64,000 nucleotides of DNA, from contig CAZAYU010000005.1 in assembly GCA_964489445.1 (NCBI GenBank), forward strand, positions 4,799 through 68,798. Reading direction: 5' to 3'. Origin of the DNA: an uncultured Planctomycetia bacterium (lineage in GTDB: Bacteria > Omnitrophota > Gorgyraeia > Duberdicusellales > 4484-171). Numbering within the stretch: position 1 is the stretch's first letter; the number at the start of each line of letters is the position of its first letter. Shown here one piece after another: positions 39,283 to 49,822 of the stretch. The position numbers and the translations under genes were made by a program. A model generated the notes under the pieces. It ran no database searches, was not told the origin of the DNA, and worked only from the letters and a program-made list of their open reading frames with translations.

Positions 39283-41757
39283 CTAACACGGAAAGGTTAC
39301 TGTAAACTTAGCGCCATTACCTTGCCGACTTTCAACGATAATCTCTCCGCCATGCGCTTTTATAATATCATAACTTATGCTCAGGCCCAACCCTGTTCCC
39401 TGGCCAACTTTCTTTGTTGTAAAAAAAGGGTCAAATATTTTGTCAATGATTTCTTCAGGAATACCCTGTCCATCATCAGAAATCTCTACACAAACCCTTT
39501 CGTTTGCAAGATAAGTTTTCACAAGAATAGTTCCCTGTTTACGAATTGCCTGAGAAGCATTAACTAACAAATTAATAAATACTTGCCCCATCTGTTGAGT
39601 GTTCGCGATGATGAGAGGAATATCTCCGTATTCTTTAATAAGTTTAATTTTATATTTTATCTCATTCCAGACAATATTAACAATTCCGTCTATCACCTCA
39701 TTTAGATCGGTGTCACCACGTATATTATCATCCTGATGCGAAAATGTTTTTAAGTCCACTACTATTTTCTTAATCCTGCTAACACCTTCCTGGGATTCCT
39801 CTATAAGCTTAGTCACATCATTTAAAATATATTTAACGCCAAGCTCATTCTCCAAATCTCCGATATTGTTCTGAACATTAACCGCTTTTTTAATATCCTT
39901 TCTCTTTACTGCTGTCTGCAAAGCACTTAGCTGATTTAAAAAATCACAAATCCGGCTAATATATTTCTTAAGCGTTGCAATATTGCTAGTTACAAAGCCC
40001 AATGGATTATTTATTTCATGGGCAACTCCGGCAGCAAGCTGACCAATAGAAGCCATTTTTTCCGCTTGAATAAGTTTTTTTTGTGCACATTTTAATTCAT
40101 TGTGGGCAATATTCAAATCATAAAGCATATTGGTAAGTGCCTTTTCATTTTTCGATAAGCTTAAATTAACTTTTTCCAATTCCTCGCTTGCTTTTTTTCT
40201 ATCAGAAATATTAACCACCGAACAAACTACATACTTAATTGCGTCATCCTTTCCTAACTTACAGGATACAGAAAAATTAACCGGAATATACTTACCCAAG
40301 CTAGAACAAAGTATTGTTTCTCGATTCTTAATATACCCTTTATTATTCCTTATTAATTCTTCCCATTTTGTTTCTTTAAAGTGCTCATCTTCAGCAAAAA
40401 TGCTATTTATCAATTTACCAATTAGTTCCTTTTCTTTACAGTTTAAAAGTTTATTTCCTGCCGGATTTACAGTCAGTATAATTCCAACCGGATCAGTAAC
40501 TATAACCGACTCAACCAATGTGTTTAGAATATTATCTACATAGTCTCGGCTAACAGTCGCTATTGACAGATCCTTAGCCATCTTTTTTAAGGAATCTGCC
40601 AGCTGCCCAATCTCATCGTCAGAATTAATTTTTACCGGAGTATTTAGACGTCCTTTACCGAATTCAACAGCAAGCTTAGAAAGACGAACAACCGGGACAA
40701 TAATAACCCTAGAAACCGCAACCCCTAAGAATACTGCTAGCACAGCAGCTAGAAAAAAAATCATCCGCAAATCATTTCTCAAACGTAATACTGGCGCAAA
40801 TATTTCTGACGTATGATACTCTAATAATAAAACCCATCCTAGCTCTTTAAAACCTCGGTACCCTTCCGAATGTGCATAGCTAAACAGCCTTCCACTCTCG
40901 CTAAAAGCCCCCCCGTCAGCCATAAAATAGCCACTATTGCTGTTTTTAGGAAATAGATGCGCAATTAAATTGGGAGACACTTTAGCAAACAATTGAAAAC
41001 CATCGCTAGCGTAGATAATCCTTCCATTTTCATCCAGTAATTTGAATTCACTAGTCTGATACTGCTTATCTTTTTCGGCATCTTCTAGAATAATAAAAAT
41101 TTCTTTAATATTCAAGACAACTTTCATCACCCCGGCAAATTTTTTGTTTTGTTCGTCAATTCTTATTCCAACGCTTACAGCGTAAGCGCCTAGACTTTCA
41201 TCATACGCAACATCACTTATAGATAAACCATTCTGCTTGGCGTCTATCCACCATTTTTCGTCAGCCTGATAGTAATCAGTAGTTTTTCCGCTAAGCGCAA
41301 CTACCGCTCCATAGCGGTTAGTCACGAAAACTTCAGAAATAACCTTAAATTCGTACATCTGCTGGTCAATATCTACTCGTCGGCGTAAAATCAACGACAC
41401 ATCATTACTCAACAATTCTTGAATAAACGGAGTTATTTCACTCTTAAAGGCAGAGATCCATTCTTTATCTTTTTCCTGAATATATTCTAGAGAATCATTG
41501 ATTAGCGAAAACTGTTGATTACTCTTTAAGACTTGCTCTTGAATGGTTAGATCTTTGCAAAGAATTTGGAATTCTTGAACCCGGAAGTATAAATTCAAAT
41601 CAATTTTATCTATCAAACCTTCTGCTAAGGATACTGAACTTTTTCCAATAGCGCTCTCTAACGCTTCACGACTAGCGCGGACAGCAATATAACCAACAGC
41701 CAGGATAAAAAGAGAAATCACCAGAAAACTAAAAACTAGTTTATGTGTTATTTTCAT
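39283..41757 (-). CDS. Sensor histidine kinase: TM, periplasmic Cache-like sensor, TM, HAMP, PAS, HisKA, HATPase_c.
   Basis: H-box AAGVAHEINNPLG, G-boxes GTGLGLSISYDIIKAHGG, and two TM segments flanking a roughly 300-aa periplasmic domain. Confidence 0.85.
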   Translation of the reverse strand: MKITHKLVFSFLVISLFILAVGYIAVRASREALESAIGKSSVSLAEGLIDKIDLNLYFRVQEFQILCKDLTIQEQVLKSNQQFSLINDSLEYIQEKDKEWISAFKSEITPFIQELLSNDVSLILRRRVDIDQQMYEFKVISEVFVTNRYGAVVALSGKTTDYYQADEKWWIDAKQNGLSISDVAYDESLGAYAVSVGIRIDEQNKKFAGVMKVVLNIKEIFIILEDAEKDKQYQTSEFKLLDENGRIIYASDGFQLFAKVSPNLIAHLFPKNSNSGYFMADGGAFSESGRLFSYAHSEGYRGFKELGWVLLLEYHTSEIFAPVLRLRNDLRMIFFLAAVLAVFLGVAVSRVIIVPVVRLSKLAVEFGKGRLNTPVKINSDDEIGQLADSLKKMAKDLSIATVSRDYVDNILNTLVESVIVTDPVGIILTVNPAGNKLLNCKEKELIGKLINSIFAEDEHFKETKWEELIRNNKGYIKNRETILCSSLGKYIPVNFSVSCKLGKDDAIKYVVCSVVNISDRKKASEELEKVNLSLSKNEKALTNMLYDLNIAHNELKCAQKKLIQAEKMASIGQLAAGVAHEINNPLGFVTSNIATLKKYISRICDFLNQLSALQTAVKRKDIKKAVNVQNNIGDLENELGVKYILNDVTKLIEESQEGVSRIKKIVVDLKTFSHQDDNIRGDTDLNEVIDGIVNIVWNEIKYKIKLIKEYGDIPLIIANTQQMGQVFINLLVNASQAIRKQGTILVKTYLANERVCVEISDDGQGIPEEIIDKIFDPFFTTKKVGQGTGLGLSISYDIIKAHGGEIIVESRQGNGAKFTVTFPC

Positions 41758-41777
41758 CCAAGGTATATCGTTACATT

Positions 41778-42164
41778 TTAATCTGTTAACAGCTCGGAAA
41801 TCTTTTTCTTAAATTTTTCATTATCAAACGGTTTTTCAAAATAGCAGTTAGCTCCTAAGACATCCATAAAGGCAGCTCCTACCCTTCCCGAAACTCCGGA
41901 GATGCCCACAATCTTTATATGTTTCATTCCTAGAGAATCCCGAATATGCATGCACGTCGCATAACCGTCTTTTCCCGGCATCTTAACATCTAAAACAATA
42001 AGATCTGGCGCAAACTCTTTAATTTTATCTTCTACTTCATTGCCGTCTCCAACTTCATCTATCTGGCAATTAAACTCTGTCACCAATAGTCTTCTTATAG
42101 ACTGACGCATTTCGTAATCATCATCAACTATCAGCACCTTTTTTTTCGACATTTCCGCCATCAT
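41778..42164 (-). CDS. Single-domain response regulator (receiver).
   Basis: VLIVDDD...DLIVLDVKMPGKDG receiver signature. Confidence 0.8.
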   Translation of the reverse strand: MMAEMSKKKVLIVDDDYEMRQSIRRLLVTEFNCQIDEVGDGNEVEDKIKEFAPDLIVLDVKMPGKDGYATCMHIRDSLGMKHIKIVGISGVSGRVGAAFMDVLGANCYFEKPFDNEKFKKKISELLTD

Positions 42165-42200
42165 AATACCCCCTCTATTTTTATTACGATGATTACCTAT

Positions 42201-42938
42201 CTATTCCGCAAACTGCACATCATAAGGCTCATCTCTTCCTAGCTCTCTAGACAAACTATTGATTTCTTTTTTTAACTCAATCATTTTAATCTCTCGACCA
42301 ATAGTTATCTCTTTAAACCGCTCTGAATCTTTTAGCTTCTCTTTAAGTTCTCTTTCAATTTCTTTTTGCTGGCTGATATTTAAAAAAAGACTAACCACAA
42401 TATCTTTCACCACCACCGTGTTGATTAAAACCGGAACCAAACCCCCATCTTTATATTGCAGGATTCCTTCGTAACCAGCAACGCATCCTTGTTGGATAAT
42501 CTGATTAAACTTGCCAATACTTTTTTTCTTCTCATGCGAAGGGTATAGGTCAGTTTGATGCATTCCAATAATCTCTTCTTTTGAACATCCAATAATTTTC
42601 TCCGCATAAATATTACAGTCAATTATTTTACCTGTTGATAACTCCGCAATAAATATTGCCCCCCCAGAATTGTTAAATATTATTTTTAGTTTAGCTTCTG
42701 ATTCTTGTAGTTCTTTCTCCATTTTAACGCGTTCAGCAATTTCCAGAGACAATTTCTTATTAGTACTTATAAATTCTTCAGAACTTACATCGAAAGAATG
42801 CTCTATGAGCTTACGATCCGTATCAAAAGAGTCATAAGCATCACTAATTGCTCTCAATAACGATTCCATTCCTTCAGGTATAGAATTTAAATTCCCAAAA
42901 ATTTTTCTGATTTGACGTTCTAACAGTTTATTAAACAT
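42201..42938 (-). CDS. PAS-domain protein with an N-terminal coiled-coil region.
   Basis: C-terminal PAS fold (IFNNSGGAIFIAE...DCNIYAEKIIGCSKEEIIGMHQTDL). Confidence 0.55.
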   Translation of the reverse strand: MFNKLLERQIRKIFGNLNSIPEGMESLLRAISDAYDSFDTDRKLIEHSFDVSSEEFISTNKKLSLEIAERVKMEKELQESEAKLKIIFNNSGGAIFIAELSTGKIIDCNIYAEKIIGCSKEEIIGMHQTDLYPSHEKKKSIGKFNQIIQQGCVAGYEGILQYKDGGLVPVLINTVVVKDIVVSLFLNISQQKEIERELKEKLKDSERFKEITIGREIKMIELKKEINSLSRELGRDEPYDVQFAE

Positions 42939-42947
42939 CGCAACCTC

Positions 42948-44093
42948 TTATTCTGATTCAGAAAAAACAGTGACTGTCATTGTCTGGTTATGTAGCTTAC
43001 ATTGCTTTTCTAAAGGAGTAGCCGGACATATTTCGCCATAGGAATAAAAACCAGCCATAGCCACATTTTCCCCTAACACTTGCCGAACACATTCCAGTTC
43101 TTCTTCTACTCTTTGCTTTAAAACTAGTTTACGGCCCACACAACTGACTAATATCGCTAAATCTGGCACGCAAGATCCAAATAACTGGCAACTCATTTTG
43201 GCTGCTTCGAAGGCCCCATCAACCAATCGCTCAGGATTAGCTTTCATCAAACGTACATAGCTTCCTTCCGGAATATCACCGGCGAATGTAACACTCATGT
43301 CTTGTTCATTAACTGCAAGCATAGTTCGAACAAGGTTAGTACTATTTCCTTCTAGACGAAGATTAAGCGGAAAAAAAAGCCCGGTAGCCGGCAACCCATG
43401 AGACTGACTACCTAAATATTTCTTGTATAAATCCAAAGCTGGCTCACCATCTAATTCATACAAAACATTTCCCTCAGAACGAGTCACCATTCTGTCGGAG
43501 CCAAAAGAATCCCATCCGCCCATAGATCCATATCCAATTTTAATTTTGTTTCCATAAAACCCAATTGCTCCCACCATATTTCTATCAGGAGGACTATTAG
43601 AAAATATTAGCGTTTCCCTAAAGCGATCTTGATCGCCAGCTAAACCTCCAGTAACCGCGACCCCTTCCGGAAGCCCGCTCATTAATCCTCGCGCTAGTTC
43701 ACTTCCGTTTACATTTAACCCGTCAGAAAGTATAAAAACATGCGCTAACCCTTCTTTTTTTAAACAATCGGCTAATTCTTTTCCAGATGAAATGCTATCC
43801 TGCATCTTTTCTACTCTTACCCGTGCAAATTGCACAGTAGTACGTTTAAAAGATACTGCTGTAGCAACTAAAGCGTCATTAAATAATTCTGTACCTATAA
43901 TTTCGCCAGCCGTCGAGCAACCGATAATCCCAGCATTCGGATACAAGGTCTTTATCTCCTGAAAGCGCTCATGACTCTTTAAAAGTTCTAGTTCACCGAA
44001 TAGAAACACTAAACTAGCTGATTCTTGGAGATCACAAGAAGAAATAACCTCCCACCCAGAACTTTCCTTCCATATTTTTTGCTCTGTATTCAT
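42948..44093 (-). CDS. FIST-domain signal-transduction sensor protein (FIST_N + FIST_C).
   Basis: The domain order and GIIGCSTAGEI / GFYSYGEI-type motifs are characteristic of FIST proteins. Confidence 0.65.
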   Translation of the reverse strand: MNTEQKIWKESSGWEVISSCDLQESASLVFLFGELELLKSHERFQEIKTLYPNAGIIGCSTAGEIIGTELFNDALVATAVSFKRTTVQFARVRVEKMQDSISSGKELADCLKKEGLAHVFILSDGLNVNGSELARGLMSGLPEGVAVTGGLAGDQDRFRETLIFSNSPPDRNMVGAIGFYGNKIKIGYGSMGGWDSFGSDRMVTRSEGNVLYELDGEPALDLYKKYLGSQSHGLPATGLFFPLNLRLEGNSTNLVRTMLAVNEQDMSVTFAGDIPEGSYVRLMKANPERLVDGAFEAAKMSCQLFGSCVPDLAILVSCVGRKLVLKQRVEEELECVRQVLGENVAMAGFYSYGEICPATPLEKQCKLHNQTMTVTVFSESE

Positions 44094-44201
44094 TTATTAC
44101 CCTCCAAGGCCTGACCTATATTATAACAATTATGCCGCAATAAGCAATTATTCTGTAAGATGCCCCTGCCATCCAATTACGTAGAAAAATTCCTTTTTTA
44201 T

Positions 44202-44612
44202 TTACTCTTGGGAAGGAACTTTGCGAAGTTCTTTTTTTTCTGAATTAATCTTTTTATTTCTAAGAACCTTTTCTTTAGCTTTACGAGAACGCCGGCGTTT
44301 TTGACGTCGGATTTTTTCTACTTCTTGACTCTTCTTGGCCTGCTTACCTAAAACAAGCGATTCAATTTTATCAACTAATATCCTTCGCGCCAAAAAACGA
44401 TTTAAATTCTGTGATCTCTCTTTTTGACACTTAACCTCAATTTTAGTAGGCCTATGTTTTAAATAAACACAAACTGAAGTTTTGTTAACCTTCTGTCCAC
44501 CTTTTTTGCTGGCCCGAATGAATTTTTCATCTATATCTACCTCTCTTACCCCGAGCGAATCCATTCTTTTGAGCAATAACTCTTCTTTTTCTTTTTTTAC
44601 TTTAAATCTCAT
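44202..44612 (-). CDS. arfB: Alternative ribosome-rescue factor ArfB (peptidyl-tRNA hydrolase with GGQ motif).
   Basis: GGQKVNKTSV GGQ motif, RSQ..NR, and a basic C-terminal tail, in an ArfB-length 136-aa protein. Confidence 0.7.
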   Translation of the reverse strand: MRFKVKKEKEELLLKRMDSLGVREVDIDEKFIRASKKGGQKVNKTSVCVYLKHRPTKIEVKCQKERSQNLNRFLARRILVDKIESLVLGKQAKKSQEVEKIRRQKRRRSRKAKEKVLRNKKINSEKKELRKVPSQE

Positions 44613-44636
44613 CCCGGTTTTTAACCTAACATAATT

Positions 44637-44672
44637 AAAGGCTCTCCAAACAAATTACCTGGAGAGCCTTTT
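44637..44672 (-). terminator. Hairpin, probably an intrinsic terminator, between the lipoprotein gene and arfB.
   Basis: aaaggctctcc-N13-ggagagccttt, an 11-bp GC-containing stem with moderate flanking T-runs. Confidence 0.4.
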
Positions 44673-44686
44673 AAGCAAATAACTTA

Positions 44687-45061
44687 TTACAAATAACCTT
44701 TAATTGTCTCTAGCAAATTTCTTGCCGGTATTTCTTCACCAAACCCATAGCGAACTTCGATTCTTACATTATTGGGTCCCTTATCCAAGACATCTACCGA
44801 AACTTTTTTATTTAATTGATCTTCACCCCGAAGTTGCGTTACTTTGTTTTTGACTACTTTGTCGGTTAAAGTTATTTTTTCAGCACTAAATGCTTTCTCA
44901 GTGGCCAAAGCTCCTCTTGCCATTGATACTGATTCCTCAGAAATAACTTTTCCCGCCTGCCAAAGTGCTGTTCCTCCAGCACCAGCCAGCAAAGCCAAGC
45001 ATCCTGAAGAAAAAATCAGCACCCCGAATAAAAAACACACACCTATAGCTCTTCTACCCAT
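44687..45061 (-). CDS. Hypothetical lipoprotein, 124 aa.
   Basis: Signal peptide plus SSGC lipobox. No other motif. Confidence 0.4.
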   Translation of the reverse strand: MGRRAIGVCFLFGVLIFSSGCLALLAGAGGTALWQAGKVISEESVSMARGALATEKAFSAEKITLTDKVVKNKVTQLRGEDQLNKKVSVDVLDKGPNNVRIEVRYGFGEEIPARNLLETIKGYL

Positions 45062-45128
45062 TCTTTCCCTCCTTTTTTGCAGTTATTTTCGTTTATTTTC
45101 GAAGCATTCTTTCCTTGGATCCCAAAAT

Positions 45129-45377
45129 TTAGAGCACTTTTTTGATTGCCGAATCCTCACTAAAACGCACATATATCTGGTTACGTTCTACTTCACTTGC
45201 AACAGTTGCCTGGACACTCAAGGAAATATATTTTCCACTTTTGCTTTTATTCGATATGAAAATGCTGTACTGTTTGTCTTTCAGGATAATTTTTACCACT
45301 TCTCGTAACTCTTTTTCGCTTGCACCTATAACCAGATACGACCACAGGCATGGATATATTATTTTGCTTTTTTCCAT
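45129..45377 (-). CDS. YbeD/UPF0250 (DUF493) family protein.
   Basis: YPCLWSYLVIG...KSGKYISLSV...VL matches the YbeD pattern (FP..Y.V.G...SSKG.Y.S..V). Confidence 0.6.
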   Translation of the reverse strand: MEKSKIIYPCLWSYLVIGASEKELREVVKIILKDKQYSIFISNKSKSGKYISLSVQATVASEVERNQIYVRFSEDSAIKKVL

Positions 45378-45422
45378 ATTTAATCACCGAACAAAACACT
45401 ACAACCCATCACTTACGTTAAC

Positions 45423-46472
45423 TTAAAGTAAATCTTTATTAATTCTTAGGATAAATTGTTTTACCAGTTTTATAGTATTCTCCAAATCCTTAAGACTGAC
45501 CACTTCTACTGGTGTATGCATATACCTTAATGGAATGCCTACCAATCCAGTAGCTACTCCTGTTTTAGTGAGCTGAATAACATTAGCATCTGTTCCGGTA
45601 GGTCGAGGTATTGCCTCTATCTGGTAAGGAATATCTTGCTCCCTTGCCACACATACTAACAAATCAAATATTTTAGAATTAATGTTCGGACCCCTGGCAA
45701 TTACCGGGCCTGCACCAATTTTAATATCCCCTGTCTTTTTTTTATCCATTGTTGGAAAGTCAGTAGCAAAAGCTACATCAATGGCAATTCCAATATCCGG
45801 AGAAATCCCATAAGCACTCGTTTTTGCACCTCTTAACCCAATCTCTTCCTGCACTGTGGCAACGCCGGATAAACAGGCATCAAAGTTTTCCGTAGAAAGC
45901 AATTTTAGAACTTCCGCAACAACAAATGCTCCAGCTTTATCGTCTAATCCTCTACCGACTATTCGATCAGAACATAAAACATTAAAACCTACGTCAATAA
46001 CCGCTACATCCCCGATGTCAACCTTAGATTTAGTTTCATTTTCATTCTCTGCCCCGATATCAATCCACAAATCAGAAATCTTATCTACTTTTTTCCTCTC
46101 CTCTGGTTCTAATAAATGAATCGGCTTTTTTCCAATTACTCCTAAAACATTCCCATTTTTTGTCTTGATTCTGACTCGCTGCCCAGAGACTAAACGTGAA
46201 TCAACCCCACCAACTGCCGAAAAATAAATAAACCCCTCTTTGTCAATATACTTTACCATAAACCCAATCTCATCAACATGCGCAGCAATCATTACCTTAG
46301 GAGTCTTTTCTTCATTCAAAATCGCAATGCTGTTTCCGTGAATATCACTTTTTACTTTTTCTACGCTCTTGCCCACCTCTTCCTTCCAGATGAGGCTAGT
46401 CTCCTCTTCAGACCCCGAAGGGCTAGCTGCGTTAATTAATTTCTTTAAAAACTCTAATGATTTTTCTTCCAT
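45423..46472 (-). CDS. M42-family metallo-aminopeptidase (FrvX / glutamyl aminopeptidase-like).
   Basis: HVDEIGFMV, DDKAG and EEIG metal-ligand motifs. Confidence 0.85.
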   Translation of the reverse strand: MEEKSLEFLKKLINAASPSGSEEETSLIWKEEVGKSVEKVKSDIHGNSIAILNEEKTPKVMIAAHVDEIGFMVKYIDKEGFIYFSAVGGVDSRLVSGQRVRIKTKNGNVLGVIGKKPIHLLEPEERKKVDKISDLWIDIGAENENETKSKVDIGDVAVIDVGFNVLCSDRIVGRGLDDKAGAFVVAEVLKLLSTENFDACLSGVATVQEEIGLRGAKTSAYGISPDIGIAIDVAFATDFPTMDKKKTGDIKIGAGPVIARGPNINSKIFDLLVCVAREQDIPYQIEAIPRPTGTDANVIQLTKTGVATGLVGIPLRYMHTPVEVVSLKDLENTIKLVKQFILRINKDLL

Positions 46473-46589
46473 TTTAAACCTCCCTTAAAATAAATGCTTT
46501 ACTAATTACTTGTTATCTAAGTTGCAATTTCTAATCATTGTATCTCTGCTTAAACGCAATAACAAGAAATAAAATGGTTTAGGTCTTTC

Positions 46590-48017
46590 TTATGTTTCAT
46601 GGAAACCATCTATCAGGGTTATTTTATTCGCTTCATCCACCACTTTAATATTCTGCCATCTTCCGGACGCATACCGAAGATAAATCAATAACGCTCCTAA
46701 GAAAAACGAAATAATCATCACAAACCATGTTTTCTCGACTGAAAAATTAAAAATCTTCAAACAGATAAACTCAACTAATACTACTGATATATGCAATCCT
46801 ACTGTTAAACACATTGCCCAAAAAGTGTCACCAGCCCCCCTTAAAGCCCCAACGAGCGAACAGATTACTGTTTCCAATAAAACATACAGGCAGGCAATTC
46901 TAAGCATGGATACCGCAATTGGAAATGCTTTTTGATAGATATCATTTGCAATATCCGGCCTAAATAAATTAACCAGCTGCTCCGGGAAAAACATAAACAG
47001 AATAAACACAAATATTGAATAAACACTCCCTATTTTTAAACCAGATAACGTTGATCGACGAGCAACGCTTGGTTTTCCCGCCCCCATGTATCTACCCACT
47101 AAACTCATCACCCCGATTTCCACGCCCAACAGAGGAACAAAGGAAACCATATCCCAATTAATCATGATTGTTGATGCAGTCGCTACAACAGCATTTTGAG
47201 CATGGAATAAAAACATCATACCCGTAAACGCAGAAAAATTTATAAACAGTTCTACACCTGACGGGTAACCGAATCTTAGCAGCTTACCCATAACCTGCTT
47301 ATTAAAAATAAAAGAACTCAACAGCCTAAACTCTTGCACATTTTTTTTCTTAAGATACGCAACAAACAATATTAAAACCCCGACAAAGCTACCAACTACA
47401 GTCCCGATGGCTGCTCCCTTTATTCCTAGCGCTGGAAATTGGAACTTGCCGAAAATCAACAAGTAATTTAAAATAATATTAACAACCATGGATATGCCTG
47501 CAGAAAACATCACAACCTTAGTTTTTCCGATTCCACAAAAAAATCCACTTAAAGAACTCCTAAGGAGCATAAAAATCGCTGAAAAAACAATAATATTAAA
47601 ATAAACACACTGATATTCCAATTGTCGTGGATCAATCCCAGAATGTTGGAATAAAATCAAAATCAGCGGCTTACAGCATAGAATTAGCGGATAAGCAGCC
47701 AGAGAAATCAACAGCCCTTGAGTTACAACTATTGCGCATTTGTTTTTCTGTTTTGACCCAAAATACTGCGCAACTAAAACAGTGGAATACCCAACAAGCC
47801 CCAGAAAAAAGGTTCCTAACAAAAATGACGCCATTCCTCCACCCAAAGCCGCATTCATCCGCAAAGAGCCCAACTTTGATAAAAATATTCTATCAACAAA
47901 GATCATCGCCATATCGCAAGCGTACGAAACAATCATTGGGAAGGCTATTAAGGTCATTTCCTTAACGCTACCGGAATATTCCTTATTTTTTTGAACCTTT
48001 AAACTGCTATCATGCAT
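46590..48017 (-). CDS. MATE-family efflux transporter.
   Basis: Twelve-TM layout and conserved MATE N- and C-lobe motifs. Confidence 0.8.
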   Translation of the reverse strand: MHDSSLKVQKNKEYSGSVKEMTLIAFPMIVSYACDMAMIFVDRIFLSKLGSLRMNAALGGGMASFLLGTFFLGLVGYSTVLVAQYFGSKQKNKCAIVVTQGLLISLAAYPLILCCKPLILILFQHSGIDPRQLEYQCVYFNIIVFSAIFMLLRSSLSGFFCGIGKTKVVMFSAGISMVVNIILNYLLIFGKFQFPALGIKGAAIGTVVGSFVGVLILFVAYLKKKNVQEFRLLSSFIFNKQVMGKLLRFGYPSGVELFINFSAFTGMMFLFHAQNAVVATASTIMINWDMVSFVPLLGVEIGVMSLVGRYMGAGKPSVARRSTLSGLKIGSVYSIFVFILFMFFPEQLVNLFRPDIANDIYQKAFPIAVSMLRIACLYVLLETVICSLVGALRGAGDTFWAMCLTVGLHISVVLVEFICLKIFNFSVEKTWFVMIISFFLGALLIYLRYASGRWQNIKVVDEANKITLIDGFHET

Positions 48018-48172
48018 ATTAGGTATAGATTATTCTTGCTTTATTGTTTGCCATTTAACCACCATTATCTATCTATGATTTGTATTCTGCCGACGGCAAT
48101 AAAAAAATGGACCTCTTTCTTTATTAGGCGCAAGATAATTGTAAAACAAAAAATTACTTTTTTTGCAGACTC

Positions 48173-49822
48173 TTACTCCTGAGCAGGCACACTATATATG
48201 TAAGGAGTTCTGATTTTGAATTTTTTCGACAAGCTTCTTATTTCTCTGGCAGTATCCTCACTATACTCTCCATAATTTAACAAACCAATAAGATAATATA
48301 TTTTGTTCAATGCCCACTCTTTAGCTATCTCCTTGTTTCCCTCGTCCGAGTCATTTAGTGATCCTACCACAATAAATTCATTTGCTGAATCCTTAGAGTC
48401 TCCTAAAAGCTGCATCACAAAATCCTCTTTATCATTACACTTTCCATACAACGCAAATTCCGCATCGCGATAAATAGGGGGCAAGGATTTCGGGAATACG
48501 CTATCAGGGTCAATTCCTTTTATATTAAACCGAACATTCATTAAAACTGGATCTTTAATTTTGTTATACATCTCCCCAACTCGTCCTTCTATCGAGTCTA
48601 AACTATAGGCATACTCTGTCCATCCTTTATTTTTATACGAAATAAAATCTAGTAAATACCTATTCACCTCTTCTCCGGAACTGAAAGCAAAAATTGACTT
48701 TCGTCCGTTATTCTTTTGAGATATATCGCTGATTATCTTAGCTGGATTTGTTACTCCTTCTGTTGGGTACCCATCGCTAAACAATACAACACATGAAAGC
48801 TCTGCACTGCTCTTCATTCTAATACTCTCATAAAGGGCATTATACACATCTGTCCTTCTTGTCGCAATGAGCCCTTTTAAAAAAACATTGACCTTGCCCA
48901 TGTTGACTTCAGTCGGCGCTACTGACACAGTATTAAATTTATTTACTGTATCGCGAAACGCAATTATATTAAACCTGTCATTCTCATTAAGATTTTTCAA
49001 GCAATACAGGATTCCTTTTTCTATCTTTAGCAAACGCTCAGAGCGTACGCTCAAAGAGCTGTCAATTAAAAAGATTACATCTTTGGAAAACGTGCCTAGC
49101 GACTCTGCTGCTGTTCCGGTTCGAATAACAAGCTTAAAGTACCGCTGCTTATCTTCGGGGTCCTTGTAGGTAGAAAGATACGAGATAAGATATCCATCTA
49201 AATTAGATAGCTTTGTATCTTGAGACACAAATGGTTTATACCCTTTAGAAAACCTGTCAAAAATTTTATGCTTAAGCGAATTTAAAAAACCACTTCCGGA
49301 TGGAGTAAACCCCGGCATTTTTTCCTTAAACTCTTCAGGAAGCTCTGTTTTCCTTAGAAATTCTTTTTCCCTATTTGCGCTTAAAGTTCCTGCATCATTT
49401 TGGGAAAATCTAACCAGTTCCTTTCGTGTTTTCCTAGTCCTTTTTTCTTCTCGAAAAATATGAGGCTTCTCCACTGTATTAAACTCATTCTCCAAAACAG
49501 AAAAAGGTTTCAGCGTTTTGGTTTTCTCTGCCTCTACAGTAGGACTTATCTTTTTCCGGACAAGCTCTTCTTCGAAGCCAATGATTTTTGAGTAAGAAGG
49601 CTGCTGAAATTTTAAAGCCTGAGTATAAGTTACGCCTCTTTTAACGAATGGCTTACTCTCGGGAATCTCAAAATCTATTGATTTAAGCTTGAATATTTGG
49701 TTTGCACTTTTTACCAGCGGCTGAACAACATTTAATTTTATTTTAGTACTGCCTGCTAATAAAATCAAATGCACAATTAAAGACACCCCTACAGAATAAA
49801 AAAATAGTTTTTTAGTCCGCAT
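48173..49822 (-). CDS. Membrane-anchored von Willebrand factor A (VWA) domain protein.
   Basis: N-terminal TM helix and a C-terminal VWA with MIDAS-like DVIFLIDSSLSV...FAFSSGE. The start overlaps the upstream TPR gene stop. Confidence 0.7.
   Translation of the reverse strand: MRTKKLFFYSVGVSLIVHLILLAGSTKIKLNVVQPLVKSANQIFKLKSIDFEIPESKPFVKRGVTYTQALKFQQPSYSKIIGFEEELVRKKISPTVEAEKTKTLKPFSVLENEFNTVEKPHIFREEKRTRKTRKELVRFSQNDAGTLSANREKEFLRKTELPEEFKEKMPGFTPSGSGFLNSLKHKIFDRFSKGYKPFVSQDTKLSNLDGYLISYLSTYKDPEDKQRYFKLVIRTGTAAESLGTFSKDVIFLIDSSLSVRSERLLKIEKGILYCLKNLNENDRFNIIAFRDTVNKFNTVSVAPTEVNMGKVNVFLKGLIATRRTDVYNALYESIRMKSSAELSCVVLFSDGYPTEGVTNPAKIISDISQKNNGRKSIFAFSSGEEVNRYLLDFISYKNKGWTEYAYSLDSIEGRVGEMYNKIKDPVLMNVRFNIKGIDPDSVFPKSLPPIYRDAEFALYGKCNDKEDFVMQLLGDSKDSANEFIVVGSLNDSDEGNKEIAKEWALNKIYYLIGLLNYGEYSEDTAREIRSLSKKFKIRTPYIYSVPAQE

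Noticed and set aside
40130-40543. Plus-strand 137-aa ORF inside the histidine kinase gene.
   Set aside because: It is antisense to a kinase region with clear HAMP/PAS motifs. It is Ser/Phe/Leu-rich with no start context.
44844-45308. Plus-strand 154-aa ORF spanning the lipoprotein and YbeD-like genes.
   Set aside because: It overlaps two minus-strand genes and the intergenic spacer. It has no conserved motif and arises from AT-rich chance openness.
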